A DNA stretch of 64,000 bases from Camelus dromedarius (Eukaryota), in the NCBI RefSeq assembly GCF_036321535.1, contig NC_087436.1, positions 25,236,001 to 25,300,000 of the forward strand, written 5' to 3'. The notes below the pieces were generated by a model. It did no database searches. It was not told where the DNA came from and saw only the letters and a program-made list of their open reading frames with translations. Each line of letters starts with the position of its first letter. Position 1 is the stretch's first letter. A program made the position numbers and the translations under genes. Below, in pieces: positions 37,766 through 52,500 of the stretch.

Positions 37766-40700
37766 TGTAGTTTACAGCCAATGCTGCAATAGAGATTTTT
37801 CTTTTCATACATTTAAAAATCACAGAGGAATCATGTTTCTTTTTCCGTTAGGGTGATGGGCTGTTGCTTCCCTGACTTTCTGGAAGTGGTTGATAGGAAT
37901 GAATTATTGTTAGCTTTTCAATAAGTTTCTGAAGATGGAATCCACTTTTCAGGAAAATAGTGGCCTTTCTACCACCCTGTTTCTTATGTCAAGAGGTTGA
38001 GAGCAAAAGTACGTTTGGGCAAATGAAAATACAACTAATGGAAGTGATGCAGCATCAATTCCCAGGAGACAGTTACTGAAGAAGGAATGGGCGGAGAGGG
38101 AAGGGGGGGGGGTGTATGCTGAACACGCTGAGGCATTTCTGCTCCAGACTGTGTCTTGTGTACTCTTCTTGATTTCTTCTGCTTCCTGTTGCCGAAAGCC
38201 CTCCCCTAAACCCGTGTGTTCTGGTCTGTTCTGCAGCTCCGCTTCTGCTCCATGTGCTGCCCTATCTGCTGTGACATCTGAGCTAGTTCCCCGCTGTTCC
38301 TTCTGGCTGGAAGGGCTTCTACAAGCACAGGGATGCAGCTGGAATCCAGGCCTGAAGTGGGTATCGGGGGTTTGGCTGATTTGTATCACAGGGAAAGCAC
38401 AAGGGAGAAAAGGGGGAAGAGACTCCCAGGGCCAGGTCCCCACTCTTTCTGCTTTGACAGCATCCCCTCAACAAGCTGAAGACGCGGGGCTTACACTCTG
38501 CTTTGTTTCAGTTGCTTTTGTGAGATCTCCTCTGTTTCATTCCCTCATAGATTTTCTTGATGTTCATTTTAACCATACCTCATAGGGGAGTAGGGAAACC
38601 AATTTTGATTTGCCCCAGGTCTGATGCCTCTGCCCTTTTGAGAGCACCATTACACTGAACTGAGAGAGCTTCCCAATGGTCAAGGAACGGCCTAAAGATG
38701 ATAAAATTAGAGGGAGGTAGAGACCTATGAGAAAAATCTATTGAGTCATTTTTCATAAAGAAATGAAAAAAGAACAGAGACAATGAACATGTGGTGGCAA
38801 AGATTCCAGGCAACCAGCGAACAGTGCCTAAATAGAAACATGAAACAGCTAAGAGTGCATAGGATGGAAACATAAACCCCAAATTGTATTATTGGACCCT
38901 TGGTAAGGAATTGGAAGTGATTCCCTGGTTCTCATATGTTGAAATCACATTATATTTCTCAATCACATTTTTAAAAGACTCCCCTCCAATGCTACCTTTT
39001 CACAGGTCTTTATTTCTCCTGCTAGATAACCCTTCCATTGTGTGCCTCGTGAGACAATGTCATCTCTTCTGTGGCACTGACAACCTGCCACCAGTTATTA
39101 CAGAAGTTTTTATTCAGCCGTATTGCTTTCATGGTGACTTTCCATAAGGACCCTGAGCTCTGTGAAAACAGGAATCATATTTCTTAAATATTTTTATAAT
39201 TGAAAATCTGTCATACTGCTTCATGTATAATTGGTGCTCATTGAGTATTTTTTTAAAAGTCATCTGAAAGAATTTGTTAGACAATTCGCTTGATTTTGAA
39301 ACAAAGACTTTATTGAAAAAAAAAAAAAGGTTTAATATAGGGATCTCTCTGGAGCATTAGGCAATGGGCAACTCAGCTGGTCACATCTTTGTACCAGCCT
39401 TGAGTCTTTTTCCAGCTTCTGGCCTTTTCCCACCATCTTCTCAGATCCTTATCAGCAGTCCTAACTGGCTACAGAAACTTGATAATTAGCAATCAAAATG
39501 AACTCAAATCAAAGTTTTAAAACCCCAAATAATGGAAAAGAAAATGAGGACATAGAAGTGGTCCACTGCCATTCACCCACGATTCACTGACTTTTCAGTA
39601 GAATCTAGGGCACCATATGGATGTGCTGAATGAACTGATTCTCTGGGCAAGAAAACTGAAGCAGCAACTCTTTGTGCATCTATGGGAACAAAATAGTACC
39701 AAGAATATGTCCTCTGTTGGAAATTGGCCCACAGGACTAGGAAGGCCATTTATTCAATATTCAGTTATTTGTATAACCAGTCACAATTATTTCCTATAAA
39801 TAAAAGTGACCAATATAAATATTCAGAACTAATCCTCCAATCCTTATCCTAAGTACATGTAGTATATTCTTACCTTCAGCAAAAACTGAACCAAAACAAA
39901 ATGCTGACCCCGTGAAGTTTGTTTTTGACACTTAGGTCAGCATCTCCTTTCCTCTGATATTCTCCACATACCGCCTTCGCGCTCTGCTTTTTGAGGGCAT
40001 GGCCACCATGTTTAATACAGCACTCCTTCGTATAAGTGAGTTTAATTGTTAGATCTAATTGAGCAAAGGAATGCCATGTTCCTTTTTAAAGGATTTTGGG
40101 AAAAATAATAGAAATCAGGGCTTCAGTGAACACATAAAAAGGGAAACAATATATTTGCATTGGGGTGAGGAGACCATTCAACGGCACTGAAATCTGAGTC
40201 GGTGGGTGACCACCTCGTCTGGATAGGTAGGCTGGTCATGGCATTCAGCAACAGAGGATAGCAAGCAGGATTTTGAAATATTTGTTCAAGTTTAATAGTT
40301 GATTCACTTCCCTGAATGGCTGGTTTCTTAAAGAAGCTTTTAATCTGAGCCTTATTGTATCCTGACTACATGAGGGGATATGAGTCCGTTAGTAAATAAA
40401 TAGGCTTTCTATGTTCTAAATGAGTGCAGTATTGACCTCTCCTCTTCCCAGCAGTGTAGTGGAGCAGAGTGGTGGAGATGACTTATGAGGCGAGCCTACC
40501 ACATTAATTTAGGTGACACCCTCTTCCCTTCACAAATAGCTTCCACATTCTCTGCCCACACAGCAAGTGTCTTCTTTTGAGTCAGCAGTAATGAAACATT
40601 TGCTCACTTCCACACATTTAAATGACTGGTTTATAAAAAGCCTCATAGTTTGTTTAAACATATATTTTTAAAAATTCTGTTTTTGTGAAACTTCATATTT

Positions 40701-43189
40701 TGCACTGGCCTTTCAATGACTGTTTTTAGTTACAACATTAATTTTTGAAACATTTTAATTGGAAATGAAGATATGCAAATAAAAGCAAAGCATATATGTC
40801 ATAGCATTACTAGGAATAGGAAGGTTTTGGAAATAAAAAGAAGTTATGACAAAATTTCATTACACTTGCAATGATTTTGCTGTTAATTAGCTTCAAGTTC
40901 TAAGTTTCCATCTTATTTTAGTGAAAGAACTACATAGTTTAAAGGTGTGTAGGGTCTTTCAAATGCTGAATAGCCAATAGTGTATCAGAGTTATAGTTTA
41001 TTTTCTTGATGCATGCCTGTAGCCTTGGAAAAGAAGGTCCTTAATGAATATGACCACTCTGCATTTCTTAGAATCATCCAGCTCTGTATTACAAAGAATT
41101 TTGAAAGCCAAGGCTTCTTATCTTTATACTTTATGATAGACTTGTAAAAGTGAAGTGGCCAGGTGAGACTTTTATTTACCTTACCCTTTAGAGGAAAAAA
41201 AGATTAAAATGAATAAATGACTTCCTTCAACTTCCATTCTACTTTTAAGAAAATATACTAAAAGTGACAGTTACTTTTTTACTTAATAATATTATGTTCC
41301 TGTGTAATATACTTGACTTTAGGATATCAAACTGTAAATAAGAGTGGGTTACTTTAATTTTATGTTTATTATTTATACCCTTCATTGTTAAAATAAAAAG
41401 TATTTAAAGGGGCTTATAGGATACCATTTTTAAAGCAATAAAATGGGAGAATAGGTAAATAAGTAGAAAAAATAAAATAAATCTGGGGATGGTTTTAACC
41501 ATAAAATATATTTCATAATGTCCAATAGACTTTGCTATAGCTTGGCTGAAAATTTTACTTCAGTTGTCCTAGCAGCTAACACAGAGAATATTCATGGAGT
41601 GCTTTATTCATGTCAGCAGTATAAGATTTTTCCTATGGATCCTACATTATTTATGTGAAATATATATTTTAAGCATATATTTCCAAAATGGTGGATGTAA
41701 CAGAAGGGTAATATAGTGAAATATATTGTTCACTTAAGTAAGAAAGCAGACTAAATTTTAATCAAAACATAACCTAAATTAGTCTTGGTATCAGACTTTT
41801 AGGTGGGATGAAATAGTTTCCTGGCTATGCCAAGAAAAACTGAAGAGAATATTAAAATGGACATTTCTATATTTCTGCAGTGATATTTATTAAATACCTT
41901 CCATATATCATGAGAATATAGTGAATAATTTTATTCTGACAAGTTAGAAAATTGATTGACTAGGCCCATGAAGAACTGTAGATAACAAGATATATTCAGC
42001 TTATATTGAATATTTATCTCTATAAAACCTATTGTGGGGATGCCAGTGATGCTGGCCAACTGAAAGTACATCCAGAGAAATATTCTGACCCTGAAACCCC
42101 TTTCCTTGTTCCGTATCATGCAAATATTTGTTCCCTACAAATGTTCCCTACAGATGTTAGTTAAAATAATGTTAATAATATTTATTGAGCAACAGTTTCA
42201 CATCAGAGTTTGTAGTTGCTACAGTTGATATTAAGAAAGAACGCATCCACAACTTACAGTGTATATAATATAGTAAAGGTACAAGATAAATAAATCAACG
42301 ACTGTAAAATACCAAAAAAATGCAATACACAGTCAGCATAAAAAAGGTGATCGAGAAATACCAACCGTGTCTGATGAAATGAAAATGAGGGAAGGTCACT
42401 TCTTTTGAAGGGATAGGAACAGGTTTCATGGAGAAGATTGTCTTTGAGATGGGTCTTGAAGAATGGGTTTGATTGGAACCAGTGGAGGGAGATGCTCTTT
42501 GCAGAAAGAGTGTTATGAGTAGGAGAACCAAGGTGGCATTTAGTTCCATTATATCCTTAACCCTGTCCTCGGCCACCCAGAGAAGCAGCCCCTGTAGGAA
42601 TTCATTTTATCCCTCCCCTCATTTATATGGCTTTAGACTGCATCTCAGCCCCTCCACTGTCAAATGTTTCTGGTCCTATCTCTGTCTTCCTGGTTTCATC
42701 ACAGAACCCTCATTTCTGCAGCACTCATTGAAACTGCCAACTTATATGGATGGTCTGCCTGACTTTTCTCATTGGCAACTCAGAGATGATCTGGCTCAGA
42801 TCACTTTCTTAGTTGCACACCAGCTGCCTGTTGATAAGATTACAAGGAACACCTCTTCCTTCCTAGGCCCCTCCCTCCCTTCTCTTTGAAACAGGCATCT
42901 AACAGCCCATCATACTCTAGACTAGTTGACTCCAGGGCCCTGATTCTCTGCTTATCTAGGAGGCAGGATCAGATAATCTGAAAGTGCCAATGACACAGGA
43001 ACTGTGAGTAATCTTGTTTCCTAGGAATATGAGATACACTCAGGAGATTGGTAAAACATAGGCTGGAAAGATAATCTAGGTTCATATTGCAGGAGTCCCT
43101 GAATGACATGCTAAGAAAATTGTATTTGATTTGATAAGAAATGGGAATCCAATGGAGGATTTTGAGCAGGATTTACTGTGTGCATGCAT

Positions 43190-43285
43190 TTCTCTCTCTC
43201 TCTCTCTGTCTCTCTAGTGTGTGTGTGTGTGTGCGCGTGTATGTGCGGGGGTGTGTATGTGTGTGTGTGTGGGTGTGTGTGTGTG
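43190..43285. repeat. Compound microsatellite (CT)n-(GT)n
   Basis: tctctctctctctctctgtctctctagtgtgtgtgtgtgtgtgcgcgtgt... Confidence 0.9.
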
Positions 43286-44714
43286 ATACGTCTTACAGTA
43301 GAAAGGAAGGGGTCTATTAGATTTTCTTTATGGTGCCATTCATAACTGTGTGCACACAAGAAAGGCCTTGTAGAGATGAGGGTGAGGATGAAAGCTGGGA
43401 AAGTTTGTTAGACCTTAATACTATTCAGACTGACATCTTCATAAAAGGCTCAAGCTTCCTTGAGAGGGAAGTGCACCGCTTGTAAAAGAGTAAGTAGACA
43501 ATGCCAGTAAAAATGGAAATATGTATTTACCCCGGTGGAAGTCTTTAGTTTTAACTGGCAGAGACTGGATGGAAACTGAAACAAATCTCAGAGTTTCATG
43601 CTCTGCTGACAGCAGAGATGTGGTTCAGTTAGCTTCTAGCCGAGCATTTAAGGGATATTGAAACCCTTCCAGTTTACAGTACATTTGGCAGCTCTCTCTT
43701 GGATAATCTTTTTTATGTGGATTCTGTTTGGAAGTAAATTGGACACCAGTTATTTTAAGTAGTATTTTTTTAATCTGTTGCTGTGTTAATTATAGCAAAG
43801 ACAGCGGCAACACAGTCATAGACTGATGGGAATATTTTATGCAATGAACCAAAGAAATATCCACCCGGGCTGTACAGAAATGGCAGTGGACTGAAAATAA
43901 TCAAATATGAATGGGTTTAGGTAGCCAATGGCACTGACAGCTTATGAAGCTGAACACCAGATTTTTTTTTTTTTTTTTTGCTTCTGCAGTTTATATGAGA
44001 GTCACTGAAGAAAGAAACCCTTGGCGTGATTATATTTTCTTGTGGAATGTAACTAATTTCACAGTGGAATAATTTTGACAAGAGTTCTTCATTTCCTTCC
44101 ATATGTTTTATTTCATTTTCTAGAAAAGGGGTCCTTGCCCTGGCACATTTGAGTGCTATTGAGCGCCATAGGAAAGCTGTTTATTTTTTTGTGCAACCAT
44201 CGGTCGCAAAAAAAAAAAAAAAAAAAAAGATACAAACAAACAAAAAGGGAAGGTGAGTCTGGGTGAGTCACTATTCAGCGGTCACATGCTAGTACAGAGA
44301 CCTCAAATCCTTACAAAACAAGGGGACATCTTGGCTCCTCATTAAGGTCTGAACCAAAGAGAAAATTATGGATGAACATGGGTGTGGAATTCTACGCCTT
44401 CCTCCCACCCCGGCTGAGCAAGTAGACAACAACCTTTGTTGTCAGTGTGTCTTTGTTCAACTCCAGAAACACTTGTGAAGCAATAGCATGAGAATAAGTG
44501 GCTGATACTAGAAAATTAAAGTTTCATTTTTTTTCTACAAAAAGATAGCCTAAAATTTGTGTCTAGAATAGGCAAGGAGGGAAATAAAGAACAAACAGAG
44601 GTGGTACTGAGTGATGTTAGATTCACTGAAGGGCAGGCTTCTTATTTCCTTGAATTTTCTGTTGATTGACTTCAAAGTATCATTTCTAAATAGATTTCTG
44701 GGACTAGGAATCTT

Positions 44715-44879
44715 TTATTTTTTTTAATTGAAGTACAGTCAGTTACAATGTGCCAGTTTCTGGTGTTCAGCACAATGTCCCAATCATGCATATACATACA
44801 TATATTCATTTTCATATTCTTTTTCATTAAAGGTTGTTACAAGATACTGAATATAGTTCCCTGTGCTATACAGAAGAAA
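44715..44879 (-). mobile_element. Short 5'-truncated L1 3' end with diverged TSD
   Basis: ttgaagtacagtcagttacaatgtgccagtttctggtg L1 tail; flanks tctgggactaggaatctt (44697-44714) and tctggggatagaaatctt (44880-44897) match 15/18. Confidence 0.85.
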
Positions 44880-45509
44880 TCTGGGGATAGAAATCTTGGC
44901 ACAAAATCTTCAGCATGTTTCAGGAGGTTTTACTGTGACACTTGGTCATTTTATATATTAAAAAAGAAACTTACATCCTTCAACGGTTACATGAACTTGC
45001 CTCCTCCACTCCATCCCCCCCCACACGTGTGTGAATACACTTACACACTCACTCATGACATTTTTGGAATTGGACCCCAAGTAAAAACCAATCTGCTGAA
45101 TAACTTCTGCTTGTTATTGTTCAGTTAAGTATCAGCAGAATAGGAAAGGCAAAAGCAGTGCCACAACACAGCACTGCTGTAAAGGCTGTTTATTTAATAA
45201 ATGTAGCTAACACGTCTTAGCCTTTCCAGTTTAGCATTCTTTTAAGCTTAAAAAGGAAAAACAAACAAGCGAGCAAACGCTAATGCTTTATTCACAGAAA
45301 ATTTATTGCTGACTTGTAAGTGCCTGGCATTGTGCGAATGTGCAGAAGGAAAGTTGAGTAAGAAATGTTATCTGTTCTGAGATCCTCCAAGTCTAATAGC
45401 AATAGCATTTTATGTAATAGCAAATATAGACACATTTGTGACATAATATACTGAGTTCAATAGTAAATAAATAGGTAATGGACAGCTAGAAAATTAGGTG
45501 GATTACTAT

Positions 45510-46440
45510 AAAGAGAGTCAAAAGCAAACAGTACAAACTGGAAAAAAACCTGCAGCTCATTTAACAGAAAAAAAGACCTGATTTCCCTAAAATGTAAAGA
45601 GCATCTCTAAATGAATGAGGTTACCCAGGAGAAAATGCGGAAATGATACTAACAAAAACTTCATTAAAAAGGAGATATTCATAACCTTAAAACTATGAAA
45701 TGGTACTCAATTTTAATCGTAATAAAATAAATGAAAACTAGTATCACACCAAAATAACATCTATTACCTATTAAGATTGACAAAGATACGTAAGTTTGAT
45801 AATACTGTGTTTATTGTGTTATCAAGAATGGGGAGCGAATAAGCACTTCACATATTATTACTTGAGAAAGTATAAATTTCTACAACACATATGTGCAGGG
45901 CTTTTTAAAATGTTTATCAAAATTTCATACTCTCTGATAGAACAACTCCAATTTATTCTGTAAGTATAATAGTACATATGTGCAAAAACATTATGAGACT
46001 GTTAATTGAATCATTGCTCAAAACAGCAAGTTAGAAACAACTTGAATTTCCATCAGTAGGAAACTAATTAAATACACTATGTTATAACCCTGCAATAAAA
46101 TACTATACGTAAGAGAATATAAGAGAATTATGCTATACTCTATATATTAATATGAAAGCATCTCTCTCCAAAACACATCATTAAGTGGGAAAAAAAAAAG
46201 CAATGTGCAAAACATACTGTGGAGTATGCTAAAAGTTGTGTAAAGCTAGAAGAAACTTATGCTTGTCTTTGCTGTGTAAGTACCTTTGGAGACCCCAAAA
46301 TCAACTGATGGGAAGAAAATTTGGGTGACAGAAAACAATGATGTAAAGGAGACTTCACTGCATGCCCATTTGTATTTTTGGCTTTTGAACTCTGTGGATT
46401 CATTCCCTGTTTGAAAAACTAAATATATTTTTTAAAAAGA
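45510..46440 (+). mobile_element. Old L1 (L1ME/MC-like) ORF2 end + 3' UTR remnant
   Basis: Decayed ORF2 3' motifs (acctattaagattgacaaagat..aagtttgataatac; gaaacaacttgaatttccatcagtagg). Confidence 0.6.
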
Positions 46441-47679
46441 AAAGAGACAAGAGCAAGTCATTCCAGCCTGGATGGTCAGGAAAGACTTTAGAAAGGACGT
46501 GGTATTTGAGGTCAGTCTTGGAAGATAAGAAATTCAAGCAGAGAGGAGGCAAGAAAAGAATATCATGAGCAAATACTCAAAAGTATGAAAATATGTGGAG
46601 GGTCAGCAGAGCCATAAAGTGGCACTTAGAAGGAAGCTTCAAAGAACCCAGACGAGAGCAGTGACATATAAAACAGAGGGAATGGGAGGTTCGGAAGGAG
46701 GGCACGGTCATTAGCATCAGGAGCTGCAGGGAGGTCACTGGGGCTGCGCACCTCTGCAGTTCACCTGCAGCTGATTTTACTTTCAGCCCAACTTTTAGTC
46801 ACTGGACTCTGGTGAAGGGTGTTGGTTTTATTTCTAGTTTCATTAACCAGTCATCTGCAGATTGTTTTCTGTAAATGCGTCTCTTTGTAAGACATCTGCA
46901 TAATAAAAAAGTAATAGGAGGTGTAACAGGCGACTTCAAAAGTTTTAAAGTCTGTTTTGTGAGAGAAATTGCACATGCTAGGCAACTTGCAGATGGCTGT
47001 GAAGCAGTCTGTCTAAAAAATGCAAAGTCGTACAAATTCTTGATTTTCCCAGCACTCAGTTTATTTAAGATGCTTCATAGTTCTTGTTGACTGGTCATTG
47101 AACAAAGTAACATGTGGGTTAATAAACCACTATAGATTGCCATATAAATATAAGAAATGATGATGGAGAGGATGATGATGACATAATCACGATAATGGTG
47201 ATGAGACTGGGAATCCTGAAGTGAAGTGAATGTTTCCGCCTAGCTTTGGCTTTTCTCTCTGAAGCCAGTTCCTTCCTGTGTTTTCCTTCAGACTTTGGGT
47301 AAGTGCTCAGCTGTGTGGTGACATAAATAAAATTTCCTGGGATTCCAAAAGGGCTTTGTGGATTTATCCTGGGAAAATGAATAGGACATAATCAGGAGAA
47401 GAGAGGGGATCAGGTAATGGAGACAGAAGAAATAACAGCAAGAGCAAAACTGTCATCTCCTGAAAGGGACTGATGTGTTGCAGTGTCAGGAGCAGGGGGA
47501 GTTTTACTTCTGACCTGGTCATTGCCTGGGTGGGCGACATTGGCCTGATCATTTCACCTTTCTCAACTTCAGTCTATTTACTTGTAAAATGAGGAGTATG
47601 GACAAGATCCATGGTTCTTCATTTTTCCCTTAACAGTACCATTTTATTTTCCCAAAAGAAACTCCACTTAAAAGACCAA

Positions 47680-47833
47680 TAACAGATAGACACTACTGTA
47701 TATAAAATAGGTAAACAACAAGGACCTACTGTATAGCACAGGGAACTATATTCAACATCTTGTAATAACCTATAATGGAAAAGAATCTGAAAAAGAGTAT
47801 ATATGTATAACTGAGTCACTTTGCTGTACACCT
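47680..47833 (+). mobile_element. L1 3' UTR fragment
   Basis: aaacaacaaggacctactgtatagcacagggaactatattcaacatcttgtaataacc..gagtcactttgctgtacacct. Confidence 0.85.
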
Positions 47834-49399
47834 CAATGCTTTCCTTCATTTTAGTATTTTTTTCAACTTTTCATTGCATTAAAGCCATTTACCTGAGTAT
47901 CCTGGCGGTTTAGGTCACCCTACTGAGCTTACTGAGAAATGGATCTACCAACTGCAAAATCTTATAACTGAAAGCTATGTGGACTGGCCGTTATATAATA
48001 TACAAATTCCAAAAGCAAAGGTAATTTGAGCCATTTAAAACAATCTCACCTTAATTTCATATTATATTTATTGGCATTATACTATTCTATTATTCTCTTA
48101 TATCTGTAGGGTGGTCAATTATTTTAGAACAGAGGAGTAATGTATCAAAAAGTTCATTTTCCTTACAGTGTGGCCAGCTTTCTATCTACAGTTGATTATG
48201 ACACACACATTAAAAGGTCATGAAATCTAAAGTGTCATCACAATTTGGGCTAAACTTTTAGGCTATTCTTGAAGCAGCCCAAGTTAGTTTATTATAGAGA
48301 AATGGTACCAGCCAAAGAGTTAATTGATCCATATTTCTAAACCTCTTGCGTTGTTTAACTCCAAGTTGTAAGTCAGCTTCTTGTTTACCAGAAAGATGGA
48401 CTGACGTTGCCTAACTGGAATCGACCAACATTCTCAGAGCATTTGCTGAAACAAATTGTTTAGGAGAAGAACTCATGGTGCTTTAACACCCAATTTACTC
48501 AATGAAATGGACTGGAAAGGGTTAACTGCTGGTGGGTGAGGACTGTGGTGCCTTGGGGTGCCTCTTGAGAGCAGGGACGGGCATGTATCAGCAACATGTT
48601 TTATCTTGGGCTGAGAAGTCAGGAGATACCCTTGTACCTGTGCCCAGGACTGGCTCCTGTGGCTGAAATAAATACTGTCATGTTGCGTAGTCCTCACAGT
48701 TCTTAGTGAGTGCTGCGCGTGATTGGCATGTGTTCCAGAAAGCAGCGGGGCTGGAGCTGAGGCAGAAGGGAAAGCAAGAATGATATCAGGAAGCCCCCAC
48801 AGGGGATTTATTTTAAAGTCTGCCATCTTGTCAACATTGTTTCAATACGACAGCTGAGGCTTTTGCCAAGTATTGAACATCTGACCCCATTTGGCTCGTC
48901 ACTTGAAGCTGTGCCGTAGTCTAAATGCAAGGGCTGACCCTCTGAGGAGCCGTAGTCTGAATGTGAGCTTGGTTCATCACTAAATTCAGGATGATTATCT
49001 GAAGTTTGTTTGAACCTCAGGGGAGAGTACAATTGAACTGAAAATCTCACCAGAGTGAAATTCTCTAGTGATTGTTGGCCTTTCAGCTTTGGCTTAGAAA
49101 TGACATGAAAGCAGCTCTGTTTTCTGGCCACTTGAGACTGGATGGTAGATTCCAAATATATCATATGCCATTCTGGGGTGAATCCATCTGGGAAAGAAAT
49201 GTATTTGATCATTTCTGAAATGATAAATAGGACATAGACTTTAGTGTCAGGTTTGAACCTTGTTTTAAATTGTGTTTCTTTAGCTGACAGGTAATTGTCA
49301 TATACAACAGTGTATATTTCAGCCCCTAGAGACTGAGATTTTTCCTACTAAAACTTCAACAACTAGGATTAGTGAAAACTCGCAGAAATAGTCAATAAG

Positions 49400-49560
49400 A
49401 ATGCAAACTTTGATGTTAGACCTGAGTTTGAATTTTGGCTTTACCACTTCTTAGGGATGAAACCAAGAGCAAGTTACTAACCTCTCTGAATTTCTACCTG
49501 CTTATGTTTGAAATAGGACTGGCAGTGTCTCCTCTACAGGTTAAACATAATGTCTGGATC
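49400..49560 (+). mobile_element. MIR remnant
   Basis: agacctgagtttgaattttggctttaccactt..gcaagttactaacctctctgaatttc. Confidence 0.65.
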
Positions 49561-52500
49561 CTAGTAAGTTCTCTAGACATGTTAACTATGTTTATGTTAA
49601 TAGAGCACACTGTAGACACATAATCTATGCAATTAACCTACAAATACTTTTAGTCACATTTACCACTGTCCCTTCCAAGGCAAGAGGTTTTATTGAAAAC
49701 AATAATGACAGTAATGCAATGCTGACTTTGGAGGGAATTATTATACTAAATATTGCCATTATCAAACATTATAATGTTTGTAAGATAGGAATCATATTAT
49801 ATTTCACTGCATGTTGTTGGTATTTGATCATTTTTGCCTTTAAAAGAAAAAATCCATCATGCCACTGTACTCTACCAGTCAATATTTTAACAATTTTTAA
49901 GGAACAATAATTCTGTTCAGAATGATGAGACATGGGAGGCTTTGTTTACATTAAAAATTACAATTTAAGGAGTTTTGACCCTAAGACTCCTGTCTTCCTA
50001 AATGGAGGAACATGACCATTCTTTGGATTGTAAACGACTATGTCAAGAGTGAGTAATAGTCCCAAGCTGGCTGCAGAATTTGCACTAGTATTGAGCTGGT
50101 TTAAAGTGGCAATTGACTAAAATATATTAACTAGCTTGAGACATTTCACCTGCACAGGATAGGCCACTTTTCTTCCTAAATGTTTATCTGATGATATAGA
50201 GGAGCCTCACGTAACCAAATCAATAGTAAACTAGTAGATTAGGGCATTGGCTCATGACAATTCACAAAGCACATTATGACACCAATATTTAAAGACCATG
50301 AATCTGTATTTAAATTGCTAGTTCTGAGTTTTTAAATATTTTTAATTCTTTTAATTTAATTGTATGGCTCTGTGAATAAAATGAGGAGGCAGCAAATATT
50401 CTGAGTAAATAATATTTGTTTGGCTGTATTGGGGGAAGCAGCAGAATTTGAGCTGTTACACGGGATACGGCAAAGCTCCAGTGCCCGATTTCCTGTACAG
50501 CGTGTATTACGTATGAAGTCAGTTCTGAAGTGGTGTTTTCAAAATAATTAGGACAAAGTCATCTTTAGAGTAATAGCTTCTTGTGGCGATCACCTTGAGG
50601 GAAAATACCCATTTATTATGTGACAGGTAGTTTTAACACTTAAACACTTATATGGTCACATATCTCATTGTTTTTATTTAAGAACTTTTAGTCTTTCTCC
50701 TGAATATTAGCCTTATGCTGCCCATTTTCCCTGTCACTTCATTAGACACCTGAAAATTCTGAAATAATAATTAAAAACTCTTCTAAGTTCCATATAAAAA
50801 GAAAACCACTGGTTGCTAGTAGCCAGTGATTATGTTGTCCTAGTCATCCTTAAACATCAGTCAGACTTCACAGGAAGAGAATACAACGGAGGCCTTGATT
50901 GTTTTTGGTTCTCTAAAAATAGGTACTTCATTTCTTTCAAAGGAAAACAAAAACACCCCCCCCCCAATATTGACTAGTTAAGTGTATGAATAATCAAAGC
51001 AACCAATTTGGGAGCAAAAGACAGTTGCTTATGATTCAGTCCATTTACTAAGTGCACAAACTTATTTTCTAAACTGTATCATAAGAATAGTAATAGGAAT
51101 GGCCATCATGAATAGGCCTATAAGAAGGATGGCGTTCAAATGTTTCACATGACAGTGCATGTGTTGATAAAGACTCAAAGGCTGGTGTCTTTCAGGTTCT
51201 GTGTGTGTGGTCCTAGATTCAACTTCATTCTCTCGTATTACATTCTCAATTTTTTTTTATTGTATGTTCTTTGGAATTATGAAAACACAGAGTTACCCCT
51301 TCTTGCTGAAGTCTGCTACATGGTAGACGATCCTCTGGGTATAATACATGCTATTCCTTCAAAAAAAAAAATACACACACACACATATAATTTAATCTAT
51401 TCTCTCCTCTAACCTCTGTGAATACTTCTATCTCCCTGATGAATTGAGAGAGTAAACTGACCACTGTTTTGCCAGATGTCTAACCATTCCAGTGGCTCCT
51501 GGATTATCCAGATTTTCCCCCAAAAGATGACTGTATGCAATAGGAAAATTATTTCTTTTTTCTTCTTCATCACATGAAAGCCAATGATGTTCCTGCTATT
51601 TTTCTTTTAACAATAGTATTGCCTTGTTGATAACTATTTCTTTTAATCCTACCAAAAGGCATTAAAAAAAAAAACAAACAAGTTGTTCTACTCACCCTCT
51701 TTGTAACTGTGTTCTTTCAGTTTTGGGTCACCTCTCCATTTCATCAGTGCTACTTTGAACACCACTTCAATCTAAGAATGGCTGGGTACTTGGAAGGTGA
51801 GGGAAAAAAAAATGAAGGAATTGGATTTAATGATCACTAAAACCACCATGAACGTTTTATTCTCTCTTTATTAATGTGTGTGATCCCATCTCAGAGGGGA
51901 TTTATCTTATTTCTCATTGAATGATGGAGTTGACAAAATGTTGTAATTCAAATTCCACTCAGGTTAATCTTAAAAACTTAATTGTCTTTTGTGCAGCCAG
52001 TTTTAGGCTTCAAATCTCTACCATGCTTTCTAATTTACTCTCATGGCTCCATGAGCACACACAACACAGCCATGTCTTCTGTGGGTTATTATGAACTAAA
52101 ATGAGATGCTTACTGAGTGCGCAGTGCCACTGGCCTGTGTCTTTATAACGTTGCTGCTCTTAAACACATTCTGTTAATGGGAGGGGGTGCTTTAGACCTA
52201 TTTTTCTTTCTTGTTCCAGTAATTCTTTCTTCCATTTTTCTATTATTAACTGGTACCAAGGAGTAGTGCTTTCACGTAGCGTCCAGTATTATCCTCTTTA
52301 ACCAGCCACCTTGGTGTTCCTGTCTCCCCTGCACCCTCCCTCCTGGCAGGGGTTCAGTTTCTCATCTGATCTCACACAAAGATGAGGAGACGTTTTCCTC
52401 CCTGGGCTTTTCAGAGTCTTTTAATGACTCTTAACGTTGCTCAAAGATACTTCTTTCCAACCTGGAGTCTTTAGAAATCCTGATTTCATTTTTTTTCCTT

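Noticed and set aside
37949..38585. Overlapping 164-aa (-) and 157-aa (+) ORFs
   Set aside because: No recognisable domain; locally GC-richer sequence yields long chance ORFs; no convincing exon structure.
44206..44230. Long poly(A) run as a retro-insertion scar (also 7286, 23487, 39317)
   Set aside because: No flanking target-site duplication found, unlike 56415-56452.
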